Source: Utricularia gibba (Eukaryota; Plantae; Magnoliophyta). From it: DNA of 64,000 nucleotides. Positions 26,200 to 38,500 of this stretch are shown here, in pieces. Position 1 is the first letter of the stretch. Each line of letters starts with the position of its first letter. The position numbers and the translations under genes were made by a program. The stretch is taken from the NCBI GenBank assembly GCA_002189035.1, contig CM007990.1, positions 1,922,001-1,986,000 of the forward strand, in the 5' to 3' direction. The notes under the pieces were generated by a model. The model was not told where the DNA came from, searched no databases, and saw nothing but the letters and a program-made list of their open reading frames with translations.

Positions 26200-29100
26200 A
26201 GGATATTTGAAGTCCCAATTACATCATGGCATCACTTAGCTCATCACATTGGATAGGATATTGCTTGAGATGGTGTACTAAAGGTAACCAAGAGCATGGA
26301 GATTCTTGGCGACAATTTAACAATATAAGTCTAAGAATGTCATTTTTATCATTGAGGCAAGGTTATGCCTAAAAAGACTCTTTAAATAAGATCATCAACC
26401 AATGGGGGCCTATGTTATGATGGCTCAAATCATTGAAGTTACAATGTTCAAGTAGAGAAATAGTGAAGTTAAGAGGCCCTTGGATGGGGTATGCCTTGGA
26501 TAGGAAAGTGTGTGTGAGAGAGATGCGCATCATTATTTTTAAATGATTTCATTATGGAAATAGATGTGTTCTCCTATCGAAATTAGACTTTTTAATATGA
26601 ATTTCGGTATTTCTAAGAGTCTTGATGTAATTTTCAACTTTTGCTCAATATTGCGATTGAATCAATGATTTAGTCTAAATTTTGATAAATCTCATTTATC
26701 TAAGCATTGTAGCAAACCTGATTGAGTTACATCCCAAAACATCTTCATATAATAGGACCTATCCTATAGTAGGCATAACAAAATGAAGGCCCAAGTACAA
26801 AAAATAAACACCTAAGACAACTTGAGGAACGAAAAAAGAAAAAAGGAGGTGAAAAAATAACTTTTGGTCATTATCATAATTAGACCCAAAAAAGACTTAG
26901 AAAATGTGAAGATCACCATGCTTGGATTATGTAACTCAAGTACAAGAATTTTACTTTTAAATAGGAATAGATTAAAAATATATTATTTAATTTTATTATT
27001 TGAAAGTTACTCTATTCGATGTTAATATTAATCTTATGTTTGGTAGATTATAATTATGAAAATGTCTTTAATGTTATTATATGCATGTGACTTGTTATAT
27101 TTGATATGAGTAGCTAAGAAAGAAGTGATGTCTTAAGATAGAGACAAAAGATCTTGCTCATTATATTTCAATCCACCATAATCGAATTCTTTCTCACTCT
27201 TTTCTTATCAAACTCAGATGATTCAAAAGAGAGGAAAGAGTAATATAATTAATCTAAGAATCATAACTCCAAAAGTTAGGAAAAAAAGAGAGGCTCAGGT
27301 AAACTCGAGTCTTCTATTAGATAATCAAATTTTTAATAAAACTGGATGAAAATAGTGATGATCATACTATCCTTGAAATCTTGAGACCTTGCAATTATTT
27401 TGTGTGGATCATAATCTCATCTACTCTATTTCATTGTCTTTGTTTTATCTTACTATTTGTGTTATATTAGTTCAAGGTTTAGACTTAATCATTTGCTATG
27501 AGAAAACAAAAAACATTAGCCTTCATGCAATAAGCATTAAACTCATGTTCAACTTTGATTACACTATATGTTCACATTTTATTTGTGATTGATTGATAAT
27601 TAAGTTTATAAATTTATTTGATATAGAATTTGGTTATTTAGCAATGATACATGAAATTTTTGTTTATCAAAAACACATAGATAACCAAATATGGATGGGT
27701 AGACTTTGGGTACAAAGTTATGAAATGTTGTGGAAGGAGAGTTGCAAAAGGAAAGTGCTCGAGCATAATTGCACTTGGGCTTGAAAGTTCTAGGACATTG
27801 AGAACATGAAGAGACAAAATGGCAAAGGTCTGGGCAAGAAGTGTAGGAAAGATGATGTTTGAACTTGGAATGTCTACATATGACCATTGGTTATAGAAAA
27901 TCTTTAATAGATATGATCGGTATTAAGAAGGTTCCAAATGAACTAGCTACCTCTCACCATAACCTAGTAGCATTGAGGTTGAATCTAACTCTATTTGACA
28001 AAATCAGATGCATGTTTAAAACAGTAGCACTACCCAAGAGGTTTTGCAATGAGACAATGAAAACAACATGCTATTTATCCAACCCAAGTCTCAAGAAGGT
28101 ATTGGAGTGTCAACTACTAGAAGAAAAGTGAATGAGCAAATTAGTTAGCCTAAAGCATTTGTGAGTTTGGATGCAAAGAGATGGTTTTACTATCTTTTGA
28201 TCAATTGAGGAAGCATTATGAGCATTGCATACCTTGTGTGTCTTTGAGTTGTAGGAATTTAGAAATGGACACAAGACTTAAAGTTCCTTGAAGATCAATA
28301 GTATTTGTAGGATTAAAGTGCAAGCATCAAGGATCATCTTAGCTTGAATTTGGACCTTATGAGAGTAAAGTTCAATCGTAGTACCTTATCACATGCATTC
28401 ACTCAAGTGGAATCAGTTGAGTCATTGCAGTAGGAGAGTTCCTCTCACATAGAAAAACCAAAGGTGTCTACCATAGAATTAGTGCCAAGCATCAACTATA
28501 ATTCTGAAGAATTTGATATGTTTAGAGGGGATGGAGAACCAGAGTCTCTATTTGAAATATTGAAGTCATCAATAGAGAGAGAAATGCTAGGTCATTATGG
28601 AGAAAAAAATAAACGCTATTTGGAAGAATGAGATACATGTGCTTTTGAACCTATTCAAAGATAGAAGAGCTTTGGAAAACAAATGGATTTTCAAACTAAA
28701 AAGAAAACCTAGATAGCACAATGGAGTATAAAGCTGTAATTGTGGTGAGAGACTTTAATCAAAAGGAAGTCATAGATTATCAAGAAAATTTTTTTCTCGA
28801 ACAATGAAGATAGTAATAATTAGAATAATATTTACCTTTATAACTCACATGGACCTAGAATTGTAGCAAATGAATGTTAAAACAAGGTTTCTTTATGATA
28901 AACTGAAAGAGGAAATTTTCATAAAATAAATTATTGGTTTTGTGAAGAACATCTGGTGTGTAAATTCAAAAAGAGTTTATATGGATTAAAATAGGATGTG
29001 AGAGAATAAAAACAAGGTTTTATGCTGACTATTGATTATGTTTGATGAGAGTTCGATTTTTGTATTTGTGAAGAATTTTGATGATAACTTTATTATTTAG

Positions 29101-29480
29101 TTATTTATGTAGATGATATACTATTAATCAATAAGAAGCAAGAGATATTCTAACTTTGATATGAAGGACTTAGGGATGCCAAATACATCCTAGATATAGA
29201 TATTGAATGAAATTGCAGGGTCATACATCTATAAAAAAATCTCAACCAAACTAAGTACATAAACTAGGTGATGAAGAAGTTTGCAATGTTGGAGTGTAAA
29301 CCAATGATCTTGCCATTGAATCCACCCCTTTCTCTCAATAGAGTTCTGTCCAAAGGCAAATTCAAAGAGATGATAGATGGAGAAGGGACACCTAACCTAG
29401 GATATCATCTATGCTATCAATTATATTAGTTGGTTTATGTTTAAGCAAGGAAAAGAAGCATTGGCAATGTGTAAAATGGT
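26200..29480 (+). mobile_element. Highly degenerate Ty1/copia pol remnant (weak pre-integrase trace at ~26200-26450, integrase ~27500-28130, RT ~28700-29400)
   Basis: Traces of LFDKIRCMF..ALPKRFCNETMKTTCYL (integrase), VRDFNQKEVIDYQE, QMNVKT, CKFKKSLYGLK, IYVDDILL, FDMKDLG (RT); many stops and frameshifts. Confidence 0.8.
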
Positions 29481-29802
29481 TCTTATATAAGTAGTTGTGC
29501 TTAATTATTCTTTTATTCTTCAAAATTTAGTAATTTTCAATTTAGAAAATGATTTTTATTTTTATTTTTTTGAATTCACTAAAATTACATTTAATATACT
29601 CAAAAGGAATTATATAATATAAAATTATGTCTCTTTGTTATTGAAATTGTTTACATTCTATGTCAATTTTATTTTTGTAGTAACTTAAAATTATGTGCAC
29701 GATTTGAATAAAAAAAAATATAAATATAATTATTAAAGGAAATAAAAAGAATGTGTACTTTTGTCACACTTATGGAGAGTGTTTTGGCATGTGGCAGTGA
29801 CG

Positions 29803-29808
29803 CACGTG
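29803..29808. promoter_or_regulatory. G-box (CACGTG) in a GC-rich island upstream of the bHLH gene
   Basis: gacgcacgtgag at 29799-29810. A hexamer match only; function is not shown. Confidence 0.25.
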
Positions 29809-31328
29809 AGTGGCGCTTGCGGGAGGGGGTGATTGGTTATGGGTGGGTAGGGGTCCCGTCCCGTCTCCTCCCCGCACCAAAAGTCTTGAAACCGCGTGCC
29901 AGGTGGACCCCATCCTGTAACCGCTGCCTTTAAAGCTTAATCCCCATGTATTAGGGGATTAAACAAGGGCTTGCTCGGGGTTGGGGTTGGGGATGATGTT
30001 ATTAATTCCTATGAATTCTTATTTCACTCCTGTCCTGCTACTGGTAGGGGACACGCAGTATACTAACAAGGCCTCATGTCCTTCTTTCCTTCCTTTGATG
30101 GGGAGGGATCGGATCGGATCGGATGCAGGCTCCTCCTCTCTTTAACATGTTTCCACAAATATACTATACCCCAAATGTTGAACATTGATTATGAGGATGA
30201 ATTAGAAATGGCGCCATGTATCATATATCGTGTAAATAAATGACCATGCTATATGTAGTTTTTTGAAAGAAAATGTGACAGTGACTATTTTTCTAAATAA
30301 ATCTTGATTATCCTATGCGTTATTACTAAGCCCCTAAACAAAAGTTACAAGCGCTGGGCTGCTGCTGTTGTTGGTGTGAATAATAGGGTAAGTACACGAG
30401 TGAGTGATTGCGCAGAGGATGGCCGGCCGGGCGGACAGTAATTTCAAACTGGAGTGGAGCACGCAAATTGACGTGAGCAACAGTGGATGTGGCTCCCCTC
30501 AACCGTGAACACCAAGAGGAGGGAGGAAGCGGTCATTTTTCTGGGCCAATTCCGAACCACTCCTTTGTCTTTTCTTCTCTTCCTCGCTGTATATTAGCTG
30601 TCGCCCCTTTTTTGCTTTCGCCCCCTTTTTGCATCTCGCTCTCTCTTAAATTATATATTTTGTTTTGTTGCTATAACCCCCCCTCCATAGGCATCGGTGT
30701 GGTGTGTCCGTCCAGTTTCCCACCCCCATTCAAATTCCTTTCTGCGATTCCTCTGGATAAGCTTCGGTATCTGCCGCAACAAAAACTCTGCTTTCATTCT
30801 CCGGAACGCAAGTATTTCAACTGCTGCTTGGTGGGGTGGTTTCTTCCTCGCTTTGTTTTCTTGTGTTTACACCTGGGTTTCCTCACGCGGTTTCTCAAAG
30901 TCCAACCATATGAACTGTGATGTGATTCGATTCTATGGAGTTTCAGAGCCTCTTTTTTCTGCCTAATTTTGGACCCACAAACTTAACGCTTCTGTATGCT
31001 GTGTTGTTTTCAGTCACAACAGTGGTTAACAGAAGCTCCATTTATATAGATGTAGAGGACGTGATTCCCTACTGGCTGTTCCACAGTTGCTGTCTTCCTT
31101 ATGTGATTGATTGCCGGTAATTAAAAATCTTTCCTTCCCTTTTGCTTTACACAGTCTTGTGTTTGTGCTTCTGCTATGCTGTGAAGATGGTAACTCGGTG
31201 TTTTGTTTGTATGCTGCCTGAATGCATCCAGCACGGATGAAACTGGCTCTTCTGTGTTTTGAACACGTCTGATAAACCTTGCCCCTGATGATGACTGGTT
31301 TCTGAATAACTTGCCTTTGTAGTTAGAG

Positions 31329-32118
31329 ATGATGCATCACAAGAGAGTCCCTGTTTCTCTTGATCAAAGTAGCTGCCTCGACTTGATGCCCAAACGACTC
31401 AAAACCATCGCTCCCTTCTCCTCCAAAGTTAGTTCTCCAGAGGACTGAACTGAGTTACACCATTTGTCTCCGTTTCATAATCATGTTACTTTGGCCATAG
31501 GAGAAGAAGGAGAAGCTTACTGAAAGAATCACCACTCTTCAGCAGCTCATCTCTCCATATGGGAAGGTATTCCCCCCTCCACCCTTTGAACTCCCATGTA
31601 ACAATTGACTGGTTTAGCCTTGATGTGGTCATCGTTTTCCATCTTATGAATGAATCTCAGACGGATACAGCCTCAGTCCTCCTAGAAGCCTTGGAATACA
31701 TCAAGTTCCTTCACGAACAGGTCAAGGTACCAGGATTCAGTCTCATGACAGCTACCTACCAGCCTACATTGTGTTCCATGTTTCTCTGCATTCACCTATA
31801 ATTTTTACTCCGTCTCATTTTCAAGGTTCTAAGTGCCCCATATCTCTATAGCACACCCATGAAGCCTCAGGTGACTGACTGATTGGATTTCTAGAGTCAG
31901 TAGTGACTTTTGACGTCCTCTAATCAAAATGCGGGGCTCTGTAGGAGGAGTGCGCGGGACTTGCTGCCAAAGGCTTGTGCCTGGTGCCGGTCTCCTTCAC
32001 TGTCGGCGTTGCAAGCAGCAATGGGGCGGACATCTGGGCGCCGGTTAAGGCGAATTCGAGAAGACTGTTCCCCAACGAGATGTCAATTGTAAATCAAACA
32101 CTAATCGACAATGCTTGA
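31329..32118 (+). CDS. bHLH153: bHLH transcription factor, bHLH153-like (subfamily X); exons 31329-31427, 31501-31566, 31661-31726, 31826-31870, 31945-32118 (149 aa)
   Basis: Five phase-0 GT-AG exons give [89 protein letters not shown]. Confidence 0.9.
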
Positions 32119-32460
32119 TCAAAACGGGAGATGATAAGACTTCAACGTGACTCCGCTCCCATGGAGGGAGGGAAACGCCTGTGAAGCAACGATAGGGAGC
32201 AACGAGTGGGATCTGGGGATGGAAATGAAATCTCCTTCTCCCTGTTTGATATGTATCTTCTTCATCCTCATGTATGATATGGACCAATCATCTCTGCTAC
32301 TTAAGCAGAAAAAGTCGGATTAAGAAGATTGAAGAAATACGCAATGAATCAATGATTCACAACTACAAATCCGCAAGAATTGGGAAAATATACAAAGAAA
32401 GATACAAATCCTGAAAGATTGAGCAAAGTCTTCTCCCTCAATTCATGAAAAACGGGCAAC

Positions 32461-32648
32461 CTTGGCAACCCCTTTGGGCGGATACTCCTACTCCTCCTTG
32501 AGTTTCGGATCAACACATTGTCCTCCCTCAGCCTTGGGGAGGCCTAGTAATGAAAGATATGTCCTACTTGAATAAATTAGCCTCAAGAAAGACAACCCCA
32601 AAACCATAAACATCACTCTTCTGGGTCAGTTTTCGTGTCATTGCATAC
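32461..32648 (-). pseudogene. Isolated fragment of a PTI1-like receptor-like cytoplasmic kinase
   Basis: Reverse translation YAMTRKLTQKSDVYGFGVVFLE and ASPRLRED..CVDPKLKEE*EYPPKGVAK match PTI1 subdomains VIII-X. It contains deletions and an in-frame stop, and no other kinase exons are visible nearby. Confidence 0.8.
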
Positions 32649-33559
32649 CATGACTGTCACCAAACTCGCCCAGCATTTTAAAATCACATCAAAGAAAGAA
32701 AGTCATCTACGCCAGGTGGTGAACCCGAAAACGATAATCGGAATTTGGAATGCAAAGCATGAATCTCCAAATGTGGTCCTTGAAAAGAAATGAGGTCGCG
32801 TTCAAAGGGCAGGGACAGGGTAATAAAGTGAATAATGATTCCAGTTACTTATGCTGCCATTCCGCAATCATATTTCATAACACACAATAATTGGAGAAAT
32901 AATGTGTTATGTTGCTAAACTTAGGGATCGAGTTACTGGACGGCGGATGTAACTGAAAGGAGGATCCTAACGGGTGGCAGAAGAGTGACCTCCTCTAACT
33001 TTCACATACATGGAGATTGAACCTTTCATGAAATGCTTAGAGCATTTTATATGATTTCTAAAGATACTGACTTGTCTTCCGGAAATGTTTATGAACTTTA
33101 TGAAAATCTTTAATTTAGTGAGAGGTGAGTGTGCGAAAACGAGAAAGAGGAAGTTTGGTTTCCTTTGAAAAAATGAGGAAGGAAATGAGACTAAAAGAGA
33201 AAATGAAAATCTTGACGTCTCATTTTATCTTCATTTTCTCATTGTTATTTCTCTGATTTCAATTTATTTCTCATTTTCAAAAATTAATTAAGAAAATTAG
33301 GAAACTACATAAAATAAAATTAATAAAAAAATTCATATCATCATTTCCAAAAATCATTAAAGATGCTCTTATAATAAGTCTTAGAAGATGTCGTTTAGGA
33401 GAGGTATTACATCTTGATAATTTGAGACCTCACAATCAATAGGAGACAAGATTTTGGACCCCATATCTTCAACGCCAAAGCTCTCCTACAGGATGGCACT
33501 CATCACATTGAGTCTCTAATTACTTTTTCTTTGGCATAGAGGGAACATCCTACTATTTC

Positions 33560-34720
33560 TCATGTGGGTATACAATATCAATCTCTCTTTGAGTATGAAA
33601 TATCTTATAAGAGTTTTTAGAGATAAACAATAATAAATCCTTATCTTGTAATTGACCAATACTTAAATATTACTTCTCAACTATAGAATATAGTAAACAT
33701 CACTAATCATATATCATCTATTTTCAAATATGAGGGTCATGCTTCCTTTTCAAACCGCATGCAAACATGATTCATTTCAAGCTTAATTGATTGCTGAAAA
33801 GTCTCATCAAGAACATGGAAAATTCCCTTATCTCCACTCATGTTTTGAGCATCAAGAATACAGAAACCATCAAGAGCATTGTGGAGTATCTCTTATCTCT
33901 ATATAAGCTCAAAAGAATTTCTTCCTCCATCTTCGGTTCTCCATTAGTAAAGTGAGCCTCTTACAAGTTTAGAGAATATGATCTATAGTGATCATGTTTA
34001 TGGCAATCATAGCACTCAATTGCCTCTTTTGATATTCCATCTCTCCCATGGCCATGTCCCTTGTCACTGTCATGAGATAGAGGACCTGGTTCTTGTCCTT
34101 TATTTTGAGTAGCAACCACTAGTTATTCATTGTTGGTTTTATGAAACTTTTGTTTATGTACAACTAGTGAACTTTGAAGTTCATCAAGTGTTAATTTGTG
34201 TATATCATGAGATTCTTCTATAGAACACACACAAAAATTGAACTTCTGGGAGAAATTGAAGGATTTTCTCATCAATTTTTGAGTCCTCCAGCATTTCTCC
34301 AAAAGTAGTCATTTTTTCTACAATTGAGAGTACTAGTCCAAAGTATTCATGAATGTTCTCTTAACTTTTCATCTCCAGGAGCTCGAATTCCCAATCTGAA
34401 GGCTTGAAATTTAAAACACTTTACAGAGTGTTACATCCGAAATGTCCTTGGATGTATCTTGTTGAGGATTGTATCAAGAATTGTTTTGTGAATTGACTGA
34501 AGCAAGTAATTCTTAATCTTCAAGTCCTTCAATTTCTATTCCACATCCTCCTTCTGTCCATCCGTTTGCACAGATGAGTTTGCAACAGACAGCCATACCT
34601 CCACAAGATCCAAGTATTCCTTTGAGAATAACAGACTCTCCATCAATAAACACCAATGCTCATAGTGTTGCCCATTGATTGTTGGAGTGCATAAATTATC
34701 TCTTGCCTTATGTGTCATTG
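33560..34720 (-). mobile_element. Ty1/copia 5' remnant (gag, protease, pre-integrase)
   Basis: PTINGQHYEHWCLLMESLLFSKEYLDLVE, LKDLKIKNYLLQSI..TILDTIL, LDETFQQSIKLGN, YLSIGQLQDK; interrupted frames. Confidence 0.8.
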
Positions 34721-35579
34721 TTTTCTGCTCCCATACTGATGTTCAATACAAAAGAGACAGAAAAATGGCATTGGTATTCAATGAATGACTTTATAGATAG
34801 CTGCTATACGGAATTATAGTAAATAGAAGATGCGAAAATGAATAAGTTCTCATGAATGCGATTCTAAGGGAAAACTCATCTGACATGTAATAAATTTCAA
34901 AGAATAAAAAATAATAAATTTATTATTTTTGTAGCCTTGAGCACCTTGTGTTGGTTGCTGTTGAAACATGGAGTGACAGCAAAGCTGTGGAGGAGGAAAA
35001 AAAGGGCTCCCACGATGTCAACGTCAATCCCCACGCCCACAAATTGGACTGACTGGACAACCCATGCAATTTTCCCTTTCTGTTTCTATATAAAGAATAC
35101 AAAAATACAATTTACGTATTTTTTGTATAAAACTAAATGTGACACCGACACATCAACGAACGGCTTTGTGAGCCGTCCCTCTTGTCTTAACTGTATTATT
35201 ACCCATACCCGTTTAATTATTAGTACGTCTACTTCCCACTGTTTCAAAAATATATCGTCTCCGTCTCCGTCTTTTTCCCTGTTGAAAGCCATTTCCATGG
35301 GAGACCAACATCAAACAACCGAAAAGAGAAGAGGGGATCGCCACTTTATCACATGTGTTTCCACGAATATACATACAAATCAAGAACACCACAGAAAGGG
35401 TATGTATGACCTAGGGGCTTGTGACGCACGAGACCGCCTCGGACCCCCTAAAGAATGAACACATACAAACGACATGAATCAGACTCAGGTATGGTATGGG
35501 CAATAAATATATCAGGACTAGGAGAAGGGGGGGGGAGCAACTCCCTTATTGTATAAAATATCCAGCTGAAAGAGAACGC

Positions 35580-38500
35580 TCATCGATAACCACCACCGTA
35601 TGGTGCTTGAGTTTGAGCTGAGTATCCGGCCATTGCGATGCTATAGCCGCCTCCACCAGGAATCGCAGCCCCTGGTGGAAATCTTACTGGTTGCATGTTC
35701 ATTCCTGCGCCCAGGTGCCCAGGCACATTTGGATTCACATTCATCAGCATACCCCTCCCCAATGGTTGACTTGCTCCAAAAGCTCCGACGCCCATGCCCA
35801 TGTTCATACCAGAACCCACAAGTGGGTTTGGTGGAGGCAGGAGCGAGCCAGCACCTGCTCGGCCAATTCCAGAACCGGCACCCATGGCTTTGCCCATTGT
35901 GACTGTAGATGTGACAGGGGTCGCGCTTGGTTTTTCCATCCTTTTCTCCTTCCGATTTATCGCATCAAAGTCAACTCCAATATCAGCCAACGGGTTTGCT
36001 TTAGCTGCACGGAAATGATTCAGATTTAAAAAGATAAGGTGGCAATGATATACTTAAACTACAAATACACCACTTACGTCCAGAGATATTCAAATTGACA
36101 AGTCCTCGGCTCAGGGTGTCCGCCCAAACAGAGGACTTCGTCCTGAACTTGTCTTCGAATGGTTGGCTCAAAACTGCAGTGCCTCCCATCAAAGATGCAT
36201 TAACGGGCGCAGGAGATGTAACGTTTCCTGTCTGCGACCGTGGAACTGGCTGTCCTATTTGTGAAGCTACGGAAACTGCAGATCCTGTCTGGGACAGAAA
36301 ACTACTCCGGATGGCCGGCCCACCAGAGCTAGGAGGGGCGTTGTAGGCAGCATACTGCCCCGTCAATAATGGAAGAGGATGATAGGACCCGTAGACGTCG
36401 GCATTTGTCAGGCCTGGCTGCAAGGACGCAGCTTGAAGAAATCCCATTTGCGAAGTCTGGGGCGCAACTCCAGTTTGAACCGGGTAAGTGTAACCCATTG
36501 CTTGATTTGCAAAACCACTGTTGGTTATAGGCCGCGCGGGCATCAGAGCATGGCTTGCTTGCATTGCAGGCTGACCAAGTTGAGAAGGAAAACCACCAGA
36601 GGGGATGTTCTGTGTTTGAAGACCATTTTCTGGTGCATTCTGGGACATTACAGGTCCAGGTTGTGAAAAAGGTTGATTGACTTCAGGGCTGAAGCCATTT
36701 TGAGGCAAGGACTGTGTGGATGCATTAGGATGAGCAGCTTGTGCCTCAGCACGGCCAGAAGCAGGTGGAAGAATATCGGCCAATATATCAATTTCCAGAC
36801 CGGGCGAAGTCATTTCTTGTTGGACAAGTGCGGATGAAGGAACCAAGATAGATGGGCCATCAATTTCAAAAGGAGACCCTTGAGGAATTGGAGGCGTAGC
36901 TTGACCTTCAACAGAGGCGGCATTAAGGGAAACAGAAGATAACGGCACGTGTTGATCCGCTGGCACATAATCAACAGATGGAGCAGCCTTAAAGGGCCCA
37001 TCCCCGAATGGGTCATCAAAAGACTGCAAAAACAGACCAGTAAGGACCATCCAATACATCATCTTGGAAAAGAACCAAATGAAATAAATAGCATCCATGA
37101 AAATACGTATCATCCCATTAGTCTAATAATCGTACATATCATTTGAAACAAAAACGGGCAAACTGGAATCTATACATGGATCAAGATAAACGCTCATGGG
37201 ATGCAAATGTTGTACGAGCTTAAGCTTCAGTACTTAAATGTAAATACGCCAATATTAGTAAAAGGACAAATGAAAAGGTAATCCTAGACTACAAACTTCA
37301 ATACAGAAACTTACCTGGCTATTAAAAGCTGGTGGTTGCAGGGCTGAAACAGCTGCTTCTGAAGTTAAGTTTTCTGGTCTCTCAGTATCAGGTGTTGTCA
37401 GCTTTCCAGCAGGAACAAGAGCCAAAGAACTTGCAGAATAGGCATCCAGAGAGCCCAGTAAATCCATTTGCGCCCCTGGTAGGACAGTATGAGCACCATT
37501 TGATGGGGTCGGGGCAGCTAATCAAAAGTCCCACGTAAAAAAAAAGAATAATTTTAATTTCTATTTTTTTTTTTTTTTTTTGAAAATGGGAGATGAGTAA
37601 ACAATAATGTCAAAATCCAATACGAAACAGCGTGGTAATAGTGGCTAGGGTATCACGCAAGGGCCTTGGAAAAGTACTAAGCATGTAATCATAAGCGGGA
37701 AGTTATGCTATTCCTACAACAGACGATGCCATTATCAAGATGACATAGCTTCATAAGCATTGTAGTTTACAAGACCATATTGGATTCAGGAAAAAATTTT
37801 AAACTATGGCAAACTACATAAGTAGGTGAAAAAAAAATATTAAAACAAACAAAATGCAACAACTTTCTAACACAATTTTTATTCTGTTACATAAATAATC
37901 AGTTGGTCTGTACTGCTAAGCACGGCTAACATATGCAGCCTTCGAAATGTAATATCTAAAAACCATGCAGGGGCAGTAACTGGTAAAGGGAAATGAAACA
38001 ACTCAACTGCGCTAAAATTTTTTAAAAAAATAATAGAGATTTGGAGGGATCACGTCAATGATTTATCAAAATTACACCAAGCTAATAAAAAGCCATAGCT
38101 GTAACACTTGGATACCTGATAATAAACTTCTTGGATCAAATTCCTCAATATCAACTTCATTCTTACCAGGTTTAGCAGCAGAATTAGTTGTTGAAGAGGT
38201 AGATTCCAGAGTGGGAGCCAGAAATGATACTGTTTCTAACGCAGGAAGAGTAGGTGGAGCAGCAGATGCCACACCATGAGTTGCGTCAGCACCAAATGCC
38301 TTAGGAACAGGTGGCCCTGAGGACTGCCCATCTCTGATAATAAAATAATAAGCAGCATTAACGGGCCTGTAATTCAGAAAGTGACTAGAAAAATTCCTAT
38401 TACCTTTCAACATAAACAGGACTCTGAGCAGAACCAACAGCATCTTCATAATTAGGAGGTCCATCAGTACTTCTTCCAGAATATTTACGATCCAGCTTCT

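Noticed and set aside
30483-30966. 145-aa and 89-aa ORFs upstream of the bHLH
   Set aside because: Non-ATG starts, CT-rich leader/intron composition and no recognisable domain.
34937-35458. 173-aa plus-strand ORF
   Set aside because: TTG start and no motif; lies antisense to or just beyond the EPSIN 3' UTR.
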